Positions 29,000 through 38,763 of a stretch of DNA of 56,296 nt are shown here, piece after piece. The notes under the pieces are model-generated. The model saw only the letters and a list, made by a program, of their open reading frames with translations. It was not told the DNA's origin and did not search any database. A program made the translations under genes and the position numbers. The first letter of the stretch is position 1. Each line of letters begins with the position of its first letter. Origin of the DNA: Pseudomonadota bacterium (lineage in GTDB: Bacteria > Pseudomonadota > Alphaproteobacteria > Micavibrionales > Micavibrionaceae); NCBI GenBank assembly GCA_963204715.1, contig CAUJHK010000068.1, positions 1 through 56,296 of the forward strand, in the 5' to 3' direction.

Positions 29000-30982
29000 C
29001 TAATACGGCGCCTTCGCCGCAGTCATCAAATCTTCGACGGCCGCGTCCATATTAATAACCCGTTGCCCATCAGACCCCAGCGTACGGATGGCGACCATAC
29101 GCTCCTCCGCCTCGCGCTTACCCACAACAAACAGATAGGGGACCTTTTGCAAGGAATGTTCGCGCACCTTGTAATTGATTTTCTCGTTGCGTACGTCGAG
29201 CTCTGCCCGTATGCCATGTGCGTTTAATTCCGCCATCACGGAACGTGCGTACTCATCCGCCTCAGACGTTATTGTCGCCACCACGCATTGGACGGGCGCA
29301 AGCCAGAGCGGCAGTTTGCCTGCGTAGCTTTCAAGCAAAATGCCTGTAAACCGTTCCAACGTACCCAAAACCGCGCGATGAAGCATAACGGGGCGTTTGC
29401 GGCTTCCATCCTCCGCCGTATAGGCGGCATCAAGACGTTCAGGCAAAACGAAGTCTAGTTGCAACGTCCCGCATTGCCAGCTACGGCCAATCGCATCACG
29501 GATATGGTATTCAACCTTTGGCCCGTAAAACGCGCCCTCACCAGCCTCTTCTGTAAAGTCCAGACCTGCCTTTGTTAAAGCTTGGCGCAACCCATCTTCC
29601 GCTTTGTCCCATGTTTCATCAGAGCCTGCCTTGTTGGTGGGGCGCAGCGCGAGCACCACGCGTACATCCTTGAAACCCATATCCGCATAAACATTTTTTA
29701 TAAGGTCACAAAACGCGACAGATTCAGACATAATCTGATCTTCGGTACAAAAAATATGGGCATCATCCTGTGTCATTTGCCGTACGCGCATAAGCCCATG
29801 CAATGCGCCGTGCGCCTCATTTCTGTGGCAGCATCCAAACTCCGCCAAGCGAAGAGGCAGGTCACGATAAGATTTTATACCCTGATTAAAAACCTGAACA
29901 TGGGCGGGGCAGTTCATAGGTTTAAGTGCCATGAAATGCTTGGGCTCTTCTTTAAAAACTTTGCCGCCTTCTTCTGTGTTGGGCTCAACATCGGGAACAA
30001 CAAACATGTTTTCGCGATATTTTCCCCAGTGACCCGAGGCTTCCCACAATTTGTTATCAATCAGTTGTGGAGTTTTAATTTCCTTATACCCCGCATCCTG
30101 AATGCGGCGGCGAATATAATTTTCCAACTGGTGATAAATCACAAAGCCCTTTGGATGCCAGAACACGCTCCCTTGTGCTTCTTCTTGAATGTGGAACAAA
30201 TCAAGTTCTTTACCCAATTTGCGGTGGTCACGCTTTTCGGCTTCCTCAATCTGGGTCAGGTAATCTTGTAATTCTTTTTCATTACGCCATGCCGTACCAT
30301 AAATGCGCGTCAACATCGCCTTGTTTGAATCGCCGCGCCAATAAGCACCCGCAACCTTCATCAATTTAAAGGCCGTACCAACATGTTTGGTGGATGGCAT
30401 GTGCGGGCCGCGACATAAATCCAACCATTCGCCCTGTTTATAAATTTTAATGTCTTCAGATGCTGGCAAATCTTGGATGAGTTCAGCCTTAAAATTCTCA
30501 CCTTTGTCTTTGAAGTATTTTATGGCGACATCACGATCCCATACTTCGCGTACAAACGGCGCCCCGCGCTCAACGATTTTTTTCATCTCTGCCTCAATGG
30601 CGGCGAAATCATCGGTTGAAAAAGGCTCGTTCCGCGCAAAGTCGTAAAAGAACCCGTTTTCAATGTTTGGGCCAATGGTGACTTGAGTACCAGGGAACAA
30701 GGTTTGTACAGCTTCCGCCAGTACATGCGCACAATCATGGCGTATCAACTCTAACGCTTCACCATCTTCGCGTTTGACCAAGCTGATTTTCGCGTTCTTT
30801 GTGATGGGCAAAGATAAGTCCGACATCTCTCCATCAATTTTGATGGCAATGACGGCCTTGGCCAGGCTTTTGGAAATGCTTTCCGCGATTTCCATTCCCG
30901 TTGTGCCAGATGTATATGTGCGCGTCGCCCCATCAGGAAGAGTGATGATGATAACGTTTTGTGCGCGCTGAGCCTCGGCCAT
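29000..30982 (-). CDS. thrS: threonine-tRNA ligase
   Basis: 660 aa with TGS, editing, class II core and anticodon-binding layout ([11 protein letters not shown]; FRNE..GALHGL.RVR). Upstream of infC. Confidence 0.97.
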   Translation of the reverse strand: MAEAQRAQNVIIITLPDGATRTYTSGTTGMEIAESISKSLAKAVIAIKIDGEMSDLSLPITKNAKISLVKREDGEALELIRHDCAHVLAEAVQTLFPGTQVTIGPNIENGFFYDFARNEPFSTDDFAAIEAEMKKIVERGAPFVREVWDRDVAIKYFKDKGENFKAELIQDLPASEDIKIYKQGEWLDLCRGPHMPSTKHVGTAFKLMKVAGAYWRGDSNKAMLTRIYGTAWRNEKELQDYLTQIEEAEKRDHRKLGKELDLFHIQEEAQGSVFWHPKGFVIYHQLENYIRRRIQDAGYKEIKTPQLIDNKLWEASGHWGKYRENMFVVPDVEPNTEEGGKVFKEEPKHFMALKPMNCPAHVQVFNQGIKSYRDLPLRLAEFGCCHRNEAHGALHGLMRVRQMTQDDAHIFCTEDQIMSESVAFCDLIKNVYADMGFKDVRVVLALRPTNKAGSDETWDKAEDGLRQALTKAGLDFTEEAGEGAFYGPKVEYHIRDAIGRSWQCGTLQLDFVLPERLDAAYTAEDGSRKRPVMLHRAVLGTLERFTGILLESYAGKLPLWLAPVQCVVATITSEADEYARSVMAELNAHGIRAELDVRNEKINYKVREHSLQKVPYLFVVGKREAEERMVAIRTLGSDGQRVINMDAAVEDLMTAAKAPY

Positions 30983-31117
30983 AGTCTATCCTTTGAACAT
31001 GATTATTATGCCATTAGTTTTAGCGCAAAAAACGGGAACTTGTCGAGAGGGTTAAACCCCTATGGACAAAGGAAATCAGCACTTTTCCTACGCCTCTTTG
31101 ACGGTTAATATAACTTT

Positions 31118-31819
31118 ATGTGGCACAAACTTCTCTCGCTCTACCAACGGATTGCCGCCAAGCGGATGTTTTCGCGCTGGCATGAGAGCTATGAATTTGA
31201 TGTCATGGACAACCATTACAGCGCCGCAGATAGGGTTGCACAGGCCGCCATACGGCACATAGCCGCCTCTACACGAAATGGCGCAAAGGGCTTTATGGAA
31301 GAGCCAGATATCGCCGACATTGGCATTGGTACGGGGCTTTTGGCGCAGCAACTGCAAGAATCCCTTCCCTGCCGCATCACAGGGCTGGATTTTACCGACG
31401 ATATGATGACCATTTGCGCCCAGAAAGGCGTGGCCGAGTTGCTAATAAAATGCGATGCAGGGCGCGACCATTGGCCCATACAGGGTGCGACCATGGACAT
31501 GGTGGTCAGCGCGGGGCTGTTTGAATATTTAACCAAGCCCATGGCGCAGCATTTTTTGAAAGAGGCGGTACGCGTTTTACAAGACGATGGAATTTTGGTC
31601 TTTACCTATATGCCGCGTGATGAAAGCGGTAAAGCCGTGGAGTTATGGCGCGGCCATTCTGGCACATTCGTCGTTTGTTCCTACACGCCAAAAGAGATGG
31701 AAGAGATGCTTTTAAAATGCGGGCTAAAACTGCTGGATCATTCCGCCCCATTCAAGGGCAGCCTCTATGAAGACGGGTCTTCTTACGATTACCGCCTAAT
31801 TGCCGTCAAAAGGATTTAG
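31118..31819 (+). CDS. class I SAM-dependent methyltransferase
   Basis: Motif I IADIGIGTGLL and a post-I acidic residue (GLDFTDDM). The start is uncertain. Confidence 0.7.
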   Translation: MWHKLLSLYQRIAAKRMFSRWHESYEFDVMDNHYSAADRVAQAAIRHIAASTRNGAKGFMEEPDIADIGIGTGLLAQQLQESLPCRITGLDFTDDMMTICAQKGVAELLIKCDAGRDHWPIQGATMDMVVSAGLFEYLTKPMAQHFLKEAVRVLQDDGILVFTYMPRDESGKAVELWRGHSGTFVVCSYTPKEMEEMLLKCGLKLLDHSAPFKGSLYEDGSSYDYRLIAVKRI

Positions 31820-33273
31820 CGTTCGTTCATTGAGGAATCAAGCGTTTTAACAAACGGTTTCAAAATATATTCCATCACGGTTTTTTCGCCCGTCAAAATA
31901 TCAACCGTTGCCACCATTCCTGGGATGATGGGCAGCACTTCGCCTTTACGTTTTAGCGCGTTTTCTTGCGTAATGACGCGGACATGATAAAAGCTTTCGC
32001 CTTTTTCATCCGTCACGGCATCAGGCGATATCCCCACAACCTTGCCCTTTAGCCCCCCGTAAATAGAAAAATCATAGGCACTGATTTTGACCATCGCAGG
32101 CTGATCGGGATAAAGGAAAGCAATGTCTTTTGGCTTGATACGAACTTCAACCAAAAGCTGATCATCCTTGGGCACAATCTCAATAAAATCTTGCCCTGGC
32201 TGAACAACGCCGCCAACCGTATAAACCTTTAAATCTTTAATATAGCCATTCACGGGAGATTTAATCTCCGTGCGGTCTTTTTTATCTTCAAGCCCCACAA
32301 GACCTTTTTCAATAGAGCTCATCTCACTTGTTTTGGCGGAAAGTTCCATTTGTGATGTTGCGCGGGCAGAAGATTCAACATCACGAATGCGGGCTTCCGC
32401 TTCAGCAATGGCTGATCTTGCGCGTGGCATGGCGGCGTTTACGCTGTTTAGCTCTGTTTGTTTTTCTTTAACGGTGCGCTCTATTTGCAAGAGTTCCATC
32501 TTGGGCGCAGAACCTCTTGCAACAAGTGGCTCTACCATTGATTTTTCTTCATGTGCCAAGGAGAGCTGCCCGTTTAAATCACTGGATTTTATTTGAAGCT
32601 CGCTCAACTCTTGCGCCCGTTGTGATTTTTGCTGTTGTAGAATAATAGTCTGTCCATTGATTTTGTCCACATTGGCACGGTACGCAGCCATTTCTTCTGT
32701 TACCGCCTGTGGTGCTTTTTCCATGACATCAGCAGGAAACTCTGGGACTCTTCCTTCCACCTCCGCCTGCAGCCTTGCAATGGCTGCTTTTAAACCCAAA
32801 AGGCGGGCTTCGTTTGAGCCATAATCCGCGCTCGCCCCCACATCACGAAGGCGTACAACAATTTGCCCCGCCGTAACTTCATCGCCCTCTTTGACAAGAA
32901 TTTCATCTATAATTCCGCCTTCCAGAGAAGAAAGCTTTTGTATCTCTTTAGAGGGAATAACCTTTCCTTCTCCGCGCGTTGTCACTTCCAACTGTGCAAA
33001 ACTTGCCCAGACAAAAAACAAAAAAAAGAACGAACACACGGCAAACATAATAATATGTTTTGAGAGCGGTAAGTCTTCATCTGTTGCCAGAACACGATCA
33101 GCATGAGCTGCTGCTTTTTGCAGCTGGGCCTTCATCCACCCTTGACGTGCCTTATTAATGTTCTCATCTAACGTGGTTTGCTTGCCCCCATTTTTTTTGG
33201 CCATTTGGGCCTGCAAAAGTTTTGCAAGATTGGGGTCTTTTCCTTCAACGGTCCGAATCGGCTTTTGTGACAT
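31816..33273 (-). CDS. type I secretion membrane fusion protein (HlyD family)
   Basis: From ATG 33273, 4 nt after the ABC stop. One N-terminal TM segment, a long coiled-coil and C-terminal beta-barrel motifs (I.SPV.G.I....V.T.GGVV.PG). Confidence 0.9.
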   Translation of the reverse strand: MSQKPIRTVEGKDPNLAKLLQAQMAKKNGGKQTTLDENINKARQGWMKAQLQKAAAHADRVLATDEDLPLSKHIIMFAVCSFFFLFFVWASFAQLEVTTRGEGKVIPSKEIQKLSSLEGGIIDEILVKEGDEVTAGQIVVRLRDVGASADYGSNEARLLGLKAAIARLQAEVEGRVPEFPADVMEKAPQAVTEEMAAYRANVDKINGQTIILQQQKSQRAQELSELQIKSSDLNGQLSLAHEEKSMVEPLVARGSAPKMELLQIERTVKEKQTELNSVNAAMPRARSAIAEAEARIRDVESSARATSQMELSAKTSEMSSIEKGLVGLEDKKDRTEIKSPVNGYIKDLKVYTVGGVVQPGQDFIEIVPKDDQLLVEVRIKPKDIAFLYPDQPAMVKISAYDFSIYGGLKGKVVGISPDAVTDEKGESFYHVRVITQENALKRKGEVLPIIPGMVATVDILTGEKTVMEYILKPFVKTLDSSMNER

Positions 33274-33277
33274 GATG

Positions 33278-35578
33278 CTACACTTCCGTTTCTTCTGCGG
33301 CAGTGCCGTATTGGCGCGCCTGAAGTTTTTTAATGATTTCGTCTTTGGGGCCGTAGGCAACAATACGGCCACGATCAATCAATATAATTTTATCAACAAG
33401 GGTAAGCATTGTGCCTTTGTGCGTAATCAAAATGGTTGTGCGCCCTTGCGTAACAACCTGCAGACGTTTTAAAAGCCTGTTTTCAGAGGCAGGGTCCATT
33501 GAGGCTGTCGGCTCATCGAATATCATCACAGGCGGATCATACAAAAGTGCGCGGGCAATGGCGACCGATTGACGCTGGCCACCTGACAAAGACTCACCGC
33601 GCTCACCCACATTGGTGTCTAGGCCAGCTTGTGAATCACGCAAAAACTCGGTAACACCCGCAAGCTCGGCGGCGCGCATTACAGCGCGGTCTGGCGCCGT
33701 TTCATGCCCCATGGTAATGTTGGTGCGCACAGAGCCATAAAATAATTGCGGACTTTGCTGAACAGCGCCAACATTGCGGCGCAAATCACCAGGGTCAATC
33801 TGCCTGACGTCAGTACCATCAAGCTGCACAGAACCAGTCTGTGGCTGGTACAAATTTATCAGCAGCCTTTCAAGTGTTGTTTTACCTGACCCCACTGCGC
33901 CTATAACGCCCACATGTTCCCCTGGTTCAATAACAAAGTTAACAGCTTTTAGGGCAGGAACAGATTGTTCAGGATAGCTGAATGTCACATCCTGAAATTC
34001 AACCTTGCCCTGAATTGAGGGCATGGAAATAAAATGTTTTCCCGTGGGGCGCTCAACAGGGCGTTTCATAAGCTCGTTGAGTTGTTTTAGACCCTCTTTT
34101 GATTGGTGAAGGCGTGTTAAAAGAGCGGCGACCTGTGACAACGGTGCCATGGCGCGTCCCGTTAAAATAACACATGCAATAAGCGCGCCCATAGACAGTT
34201 TGGCGTTGGCAATAAGAAAAACGCCCACCACCACTACCACAACACTGGCAAGCTGTTGAACAAACGTTGCAAGATTTAAGGCAAGAGAGCTTATGTGTTT
34301 TGATTTGGCAGATGTTTTGGCAGCTTTTTCGGTCAGCTCTTCCCAATTTCTTTGGGTATGTCCTTCTGCGGCCTGCACCTTGATGGTTTCAAGGCCTGAA
34401 ATAGTTTCAAACAGCAAGGCATTTTTAAGCGCGCTTTCCATCATGGACTGTTTGGTCACGCGTTCCAGAGGTTTTTGCATGACCACCCCAATCAACACCA
34501 CAAGGGGGACAGCGACAAATGGCACAAAAGCAACAGGGCCGCCGACAATAGCTATCAAAACTATAAACAAAGCCACAAATGGCAGATCAATCAACACTGT
34601 CATGGTTGCGGAAGTAAAGAAATCCCTCAAAGATTCAAACTCCCGCATGTGCGATGCCATAACGCCCGCACTGGCAGGGCGTGAAGCCATGGTCATGCCC
34701 ATTAACTGTTGGAAAAGACGGGCGGATATTTTTATATCGGCTTTTTTACCTGCGTGATCCAAAAAGGTTGCACGCAGGTTTTTTAAAATGAGATCAAAAA
34801 TATAAACAACACTAACCCCCAAGGACAAAACCCACAAAGTTTCATAGGCGTTGTTTGGAATAACCCTGTCATACACGTTCATAACAAAGAGCGATGATAC
34901 GATAGCGAAAATATTGATCATCACTGCGGCTATTATGACCTCAGAATAAATGGACTTATTCTCCCATAAAGCAGACCAGAACCATTCTTTGCCTGTTTCA
35001 ATTTCGGCTGGACCTGCACGCTCATCCACGCGCGCCACAGGCCGAATAAAAAAGGCGTAGCCCGTGTATGATTTTTTTAGATCAGATATTTTAAGAACCT
35101 GCTTTTCGTCCTCCGTTTCAGGAAACTGGACAACAAATTCTGTTTCTGGATGAATCTTGCGCTTTCCATCACCTTTGGCCCCACGCTTTGCGCCAGGCTC
35201 CCTCACCTCCCATAAAATGCACGCCAGCTTATTTTCCAGCGTCAGCACGCAAGGAAGGTTTGGTGCTATGGCCAATGCTTCAAGGCTACGCTCGGCCAAT
35301 CTTGCATGCAGGCTCGCACGCTCGGCTGCCCTTGCATAAAGAAGGGGGGTGATGCCACTGGGCGGTACTGGCAGGCCCGCCGTTAAAGAAGCGACAGATG
35401 TGCGGCGGCCGTAGTAGCCCGCCAAGATACGCAAAACATCCACGAGAGGGTCTTGTATAGCAACCCTGTCGGCTTCAAGCGGCCATGAATCAAAAGCCTC
35501 TTGTCCCGCTTTTTTACTTTGAGAATCAAAGGCGGGCGCAGAGTTTGCGCCCGTCATGTTTTGGTCGTTGTTATCCAC
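33278..35578 (-). CDS. type I secretion ABC transporter ATPase/permease with an N-terminal C39-like domain lacking the catalytic Cys
   Basis: 766 aa. Six TM segments, Walker A GAVGSGKTT, signature LSGGQRQ, Walker B MIFDEPTASMD. In the N-terminal ~150 aa, DPL replaces the peptidase D-C-G position. Confidence 0.92.
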   Translation of the reverse strand: MDNNDQNMTGANSAPAFDSQSKKAGQEAFDSWPLEADRVAIQDPLVDVLRILAGYYGRRTSVASLTAGLPVPPSGITPLLYARAAERASLHARLAERSLEALAIAPNLPCVLTLENKLACILWEVREPGAKRGAKGDGKRKIHPETEFVVQFPETEDEKQVLKISDLKKSYTGYAFFIRPVARVDERAGPAEIETGKEWFWSALWENKSIYSEVIIAAVMINIFAIVSSLFVMNVYDRVIPNNAYETLWVLSLGVSVVYIFDLILKNLRATFLDHAGKKADIKISARLFQQLMGMTMASRPASAGVMASHMREFESLRDFFTSATMTVLIDLPFVALFIVLIAIVGGPVAFVPFVAVPLVVLIGVVMQKPLERVTKQSMMESALKNALLFETISGLETIKVQAAEGHTQRNWEELTEKAAKTSAKSKHISSLALNLATFVQQLASVVVVVVGVFLIANAKLSMGALIACVILTGRAMAPLSQVAALLTRLHQSKEGLKQLNELMKRPVERPTGKHFISMPSIQGKVEFQDVTFSYPEQSVPALKAVNFVIEPGEHVGVIGAVGSGKTTLERLLINLYQPQTGSVQLDGTDVRQIDPGDLRRNVGAVQQSPQLFYGSVRTNITMGHETAPDRAVMRAAELAGVTEFLRDSQAGLDTNVGERGESLSGGQRQSVAIARALLYDPPVMIFDEPTASMDPASENRLLKRLQVVTQGRTTILITHKGTMLTLVDKIILIDRGRIVAYGPKDEIIKKLQARQYGTAAEETEV

Positions 35579-35612
35579 AGATGAACCCTTTGCAAAGGTT
35601 TGTAGGAGAAGC

Positions 35613-36986
35613 TTACTTTTCGACTTGTTTGTTTTTTACGTCGATAAGGCCTGTTTCTTCAGGATATGCCACACCCAGTGTTGAGAGCAGTTGACCCTTT
35701 AGAGCCAGAAGACGATAAACCGCAAAAATTTCTAAAAACTCTGCATTGATGGTGTTTGAACGGGACACAAACAATTCATTTTGTGAGTCCAGAACGTCCA
35801 ATAATGTACGGCGATCCAGGTTAAACTGGTCTTTGTACGCGCGTACAACCTCACCATTTGCAGCCGCCTGATTTCCAAATTCCTTGGCGCGCTCTCCAGA
35901 TGAAACCATTGACGCCCAGGTTTGGCGCACGTCATTTTCAATTTGACGGGCGGCCGATGCGCGCTCTTCTTTTGTTTGCTGATGACGGTGCTTGAATTCA
36001 CGCACGCGGGCAACGTCGCCGCCACCACGATACAAATTCCAGTTCATCACAACCAAAGCAGAGGCATTGTTAATCTCACCGTCTGAACCGCCAATGTCCT
36101 TACCATGTGATCCACCTAGCTGAAGATCAAACTTCGGGTAAAGGCTGGAGCCTGTGCCCTTATATTCATTATAGGCAACCTCAACGTCAGATTCGCGAAC
36201 ACTTAAAGTCGGGCTTTGCGCCAAAGCTGTTTTCACTTCAGCCTCAACATCAGCCGCTACTGCATTTACAGGAACTGCTGGCATTACTAGGTCTTTTGGC
36301 ATGTCGCCAACTTCTTGCTGGAATTTTGATTCCGCATTGCGAAGCTGTTCACGGACAGAGGATTCTTGTGCACGCGCAGAGGACAAACGCGCCTTGATTT
36401 GTTCAAGGTCAGCGGATGTAGAGCGGCCTGCATTCACGCCTTCTTCTATCATACCCATAATGGCCACATGTTCCGCCACGTTATCACGTGTGATAGAAAG
36501 CAATTCACGCTGGCGCATCACTTCCAGGAATGACTCAACGATGGACAGACCAGTGAATTCCGATGTTTCGCGTACGCGGTTGGCAGAAGACTGAACGCGA
36601 TTTTTCTGGCGTTCATTTTCATACTTTGTACCCCAACCATCGAACAGCATTTGTGTCAATGTCAGTTGCGTGTTGTAGCGTGTAAATGTTTTATCATCAT
36701 CGCCCGTGGCACGTGTGGATGGACTGTCTGTTCTTTCAAAGCCACCATCAGCACGCAAATCAATGGAAGGGAGGTACAGTGCCTTGGCTTGATTCAGCTC
36801 TTCGTCTGTTGCGCGGCGAGAGGCGGCCACGCGTCCATATTCAGGATTTGTCATGACACCAACAGAAACAGCCTGTCCCAAGCCCATTTCAGTGGGTTTT
36901 TGCTGCGCCAAAGCAAGGGAAGCGGGCATTGTGGAGAGTGAACCTGCTAATAGCAGCGCGGCAAATTTAAATTTTATGTTTTTCAT
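35613..36986 (-). CDS. tolC: TolC-family outer membrane channel of the type I secretion system
   Basis: From ATG 36986 the signal peptide reads MKNIKFKFAALLLAGSLSTMPASLALA. Two-fold repeated TolC-like helical/beta pattern, about 457 aa. Confidence 0.88.
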   Translation of the reverse strand: MKNIKFKFAALLLAGSLSTMPASLALAQQKPTEMGLGQAVSVGVMTNPEYGRVAASRRATDEELNQAKALYLPSIDLRADGGFERTDSPSTRATGDDDKTFTRYNTQLTLTQMLFDGWGTKYENERQKNRVQSSANRVRETSEFTGLSIVESFLEVMRQRELLSITRDNVAEHVAIMGMIEEGVNAGRSTSADLEQIKARLSSARAQESSVREQLRNAESKFQQEVGDMPKDLVMPAVPVNAVAADVEAEVKTALAQSPTLSVRESDVEVAYNEYKGTGSSLYPKFDLQLGGSHGKDIGGSDGEINNASALVVMNWNLYRGGGDVARVREFKHRHQQTKEERASAARQIENDVRQTWASMVSSGERAKEFGNQAAANGEVVRAYKDQFNLDRRTLLDVLDSQNELFVSRSNTINAEFLEIFAVYRLLALKGQLLSTLGVAYPEETGLIDVKNKQVEK

Positions 36987-37110
36987 CGTTGTACCTTTTT
37001 GGATATCATGCAAAATCAATGACTTTAGCCTGTTATTTATGGCCTTTTTTAGCGCGTGGCGCAAGTATTCGTTATGGTTATTTTTTGAAAAATTAAGTTC
37101 CGTAATATGA

Positions 37111-37140
37111 AAAAATGACGCGAGAATATACCTCGCGCCA
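37111..37140 (-). terminator. hairpin terminator after the LysM gene
   Basis: The minus strand reads GCGAGG-7 nt-CTCGCG followed by TCATTTTTT. Confidence 0.4.
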
Positions 37141-37150
37141 TTTTGAAAAA

Positions 37151-38563
37151 TTAAGCAATGTTAAAACCTAAAGCAGAAGGTGTTCTTACCATCGTCACCT
37201 TCTCTGAACGCTCGGGTGTTTCTGTGCCGCCCGTTGGGTGGTCGGTTTCTCCTGTTCCTTCCGATGGATGTTCAGTTTCGCCGCCACCTGGATTCTCCGT
37301 CCCTTCGTGGTTTGTCTCACCAGTGCCGCCGCCTGTTTCGCCGCCGTTATTGTCGCCTGGTCCTGGGGGATTGTGATCACCGCCACCGTTTTCACCGTCA
37401 ACATCTGGGTTGGGGCTACCGCCACCTCCGTCAGTACCACAGTGTTCTTTGCAGCCTCCTGTAGGAGGATCTACTGGCGGTGGCTCAACTGGAGGAGTGC
37501 GCGGTGTTGCCTCATGGTCTCCGCCTGTGTCACACTGGTTTTTAGGGTTACCCCAAACGGTTTTAATAACAATTTTTCCATTTTCCATTACCAGCTTTAC
37601 TCTGCTGAAAGGCTGGTCTGCACAACCACAGCGTTCTTCAAACTTTTTGGCCAGAGGTATGGAGTAAAGCCTGTTACCAGATTTCACCAACTCGCACTGC
37701 TTGGGCATTGTTACGACTGGTGTAGAAACGCTTGGTGTATTAACTGTTTGCACAGGTTTGTGAACAATACGACGCGTTCCTGTGCAGTAGTCTTTGTATA
37801 GTTTGTCTTCTTTTTTATTAAGTTCTCCGACATCCGTTAAATCAAGCGTTTGGCCAGCGCTTAATTCATACGGCGCTCCCAAAGCTGGATTGTGTGCAAC
37901 AATTCCATCAAATGATTTGTTTTCCGCGCGCACCACATCACACAAGCCATCTCCCGACTTCACTTCATATGTGTTTGTGGCTGCAGGAGGCGTTGCGGCA
38001 GGAGCAGCCGCTACAACAGGTTTTGCCTTGGGAACAGGAGAAGATGTTAAACCCTGTGGCGCCACAACAGCCGCTTGTTCAGGCGCGCATGTTTCACACT
38101 TTTGCCCTTCTTGAAAGGCTTCCAGCTTTTCCTGTGCCATAAGTGCCTTTACATCCGCCGTCAGATCAGCATGTTCAGCTTCAACCTCCTGTGCCCAGTA
38201 TTCCAGCTTTGATTTATCGTCACATGGTTCTGCGGCAGGCGCTTCTGCCGTTGTTGCTGCAACCATAACAACGTTTTCTATAGTTTTTGGTATAACAAAA
38301 ACTTGACCCACTTTAATCGTGTCCACATTTTTGATTAAATCTGCATTCGCGTCCTGAATTTTTTCTGGCGTTGTCTGGATATCCAGTTTTGCCAGTTTGA
38401 GAACAATTTTCGAAAGACTGTCACCAGACTGAACCGTTATAGTCCCTTTGTCCTTATCAATTTTGGCCGCCTCGGCCTGCTCGGCTGTTGCAAAAAGTCC
38501 AGCCATGGCGACCACTGCAGACGCCGCGATATAACGTAATTTTTGTGTGAGTTTTCCAAACAT
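37151..38563 (-). CDS. secreted protein with two LysM domains and a Pro- then Gly/Glu/Thr-rich low-complexity C-terminal region
   Basis: From ATG 38563: a signal/anchor (YIAASAVVAMAGLFATAEQAEA), LysM 1 (ITVQSGDSLSKIV...VGQVFVIP) and LysM 2 (YEVKSGDGLCDVV...SAGQTLDL). The tail reads PPVEPPPVDPPTGGCKEHCGTDGGGG... Confidence 0.7.
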   Translation of the reverse strand: MFGKLTQKLRYIAASAVVAMAGLFATAEQAEAAKIDKDKGTITVQSGDSLSKIVLKLAKLDIQTTPEKIQDANADLIKNVDTIKVGQVFVIPKTIENVVMVAATTAEAPAAEPCDDKSKLEYWAQEVEAEHADLTADVKALMAQEKLEAFQEGQKCETCAPEQAAVVAPQGLTSSPVPKAKPVVAAAPAATPPAATNTYEVKSGDGLCDVVRAENKSFDGIVAHNPALGAPYELSAGQTLDLTDVGELNKKEDKLYKDYCTGTRRIVHKPVQTVNTPSVSTPVVTMPKQCELVKSGNRLYSIPLAKKFEERCGCADQPFSRVKLVMENGKIVIKTVWGNPKNQCDTGGDHEATPRTPPVEPPPVDPPTGGCKEHCGTDGGGGSPNPDVDGENGGGDHNPPGPGDNNGGETGGGTGETNHEGTENPGGGETEHPSEGTGETDHPTGGTETPERSEKVTMVRTPSALGFNIA

Positions 38564-38634
38564 GTTCGTAAATTCCTCTCGTGATTTCACTCTTCAGGCA
38601 CGTTATGCTTAACAATATGTAAACATTTGGTGCA

Positions 38635-38663
38635 TTTATATGACTCTTGGCAAAAAATTGCAA
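38635..38663 (-). promoter_or_regulatory. candidate promoter of the LysM gene
   Basis: On the minus strand: TTGCAA (38663-38658), a 17-nt spacer, then TATAAA (38640-38635). Confidence 0.3.
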
Positions 38664-38718
38664 GGTTTTTATTGAAAACAACGGTCAAAAATTATGGTTC
38701 TACCCAAACCTGCTGGCA

Positions 38719-38749
38719 ATAAAAAACGGGGTAAAAACCCCGTTTTTTC
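38719..38749 (-). terminator. rho-independent terminator of the RTX adhesin gene
   Basis: AACGGGG-taaaaa-CCCCGTT with A/T runs on both sides, 15 nt after the stop. Confidence 0.6.
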
Positions 38750-38763
38750 AAATTGTTATAAAG

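Noticed and set aside
30983-31117. A regulatory leader (operator-like structure) upstream of thrS.
   Set aside because: I could not identify a tRNA-Thr anticodon-arm mimic or any stable paired structure by eye. The region looks like a plain divergent promoter.
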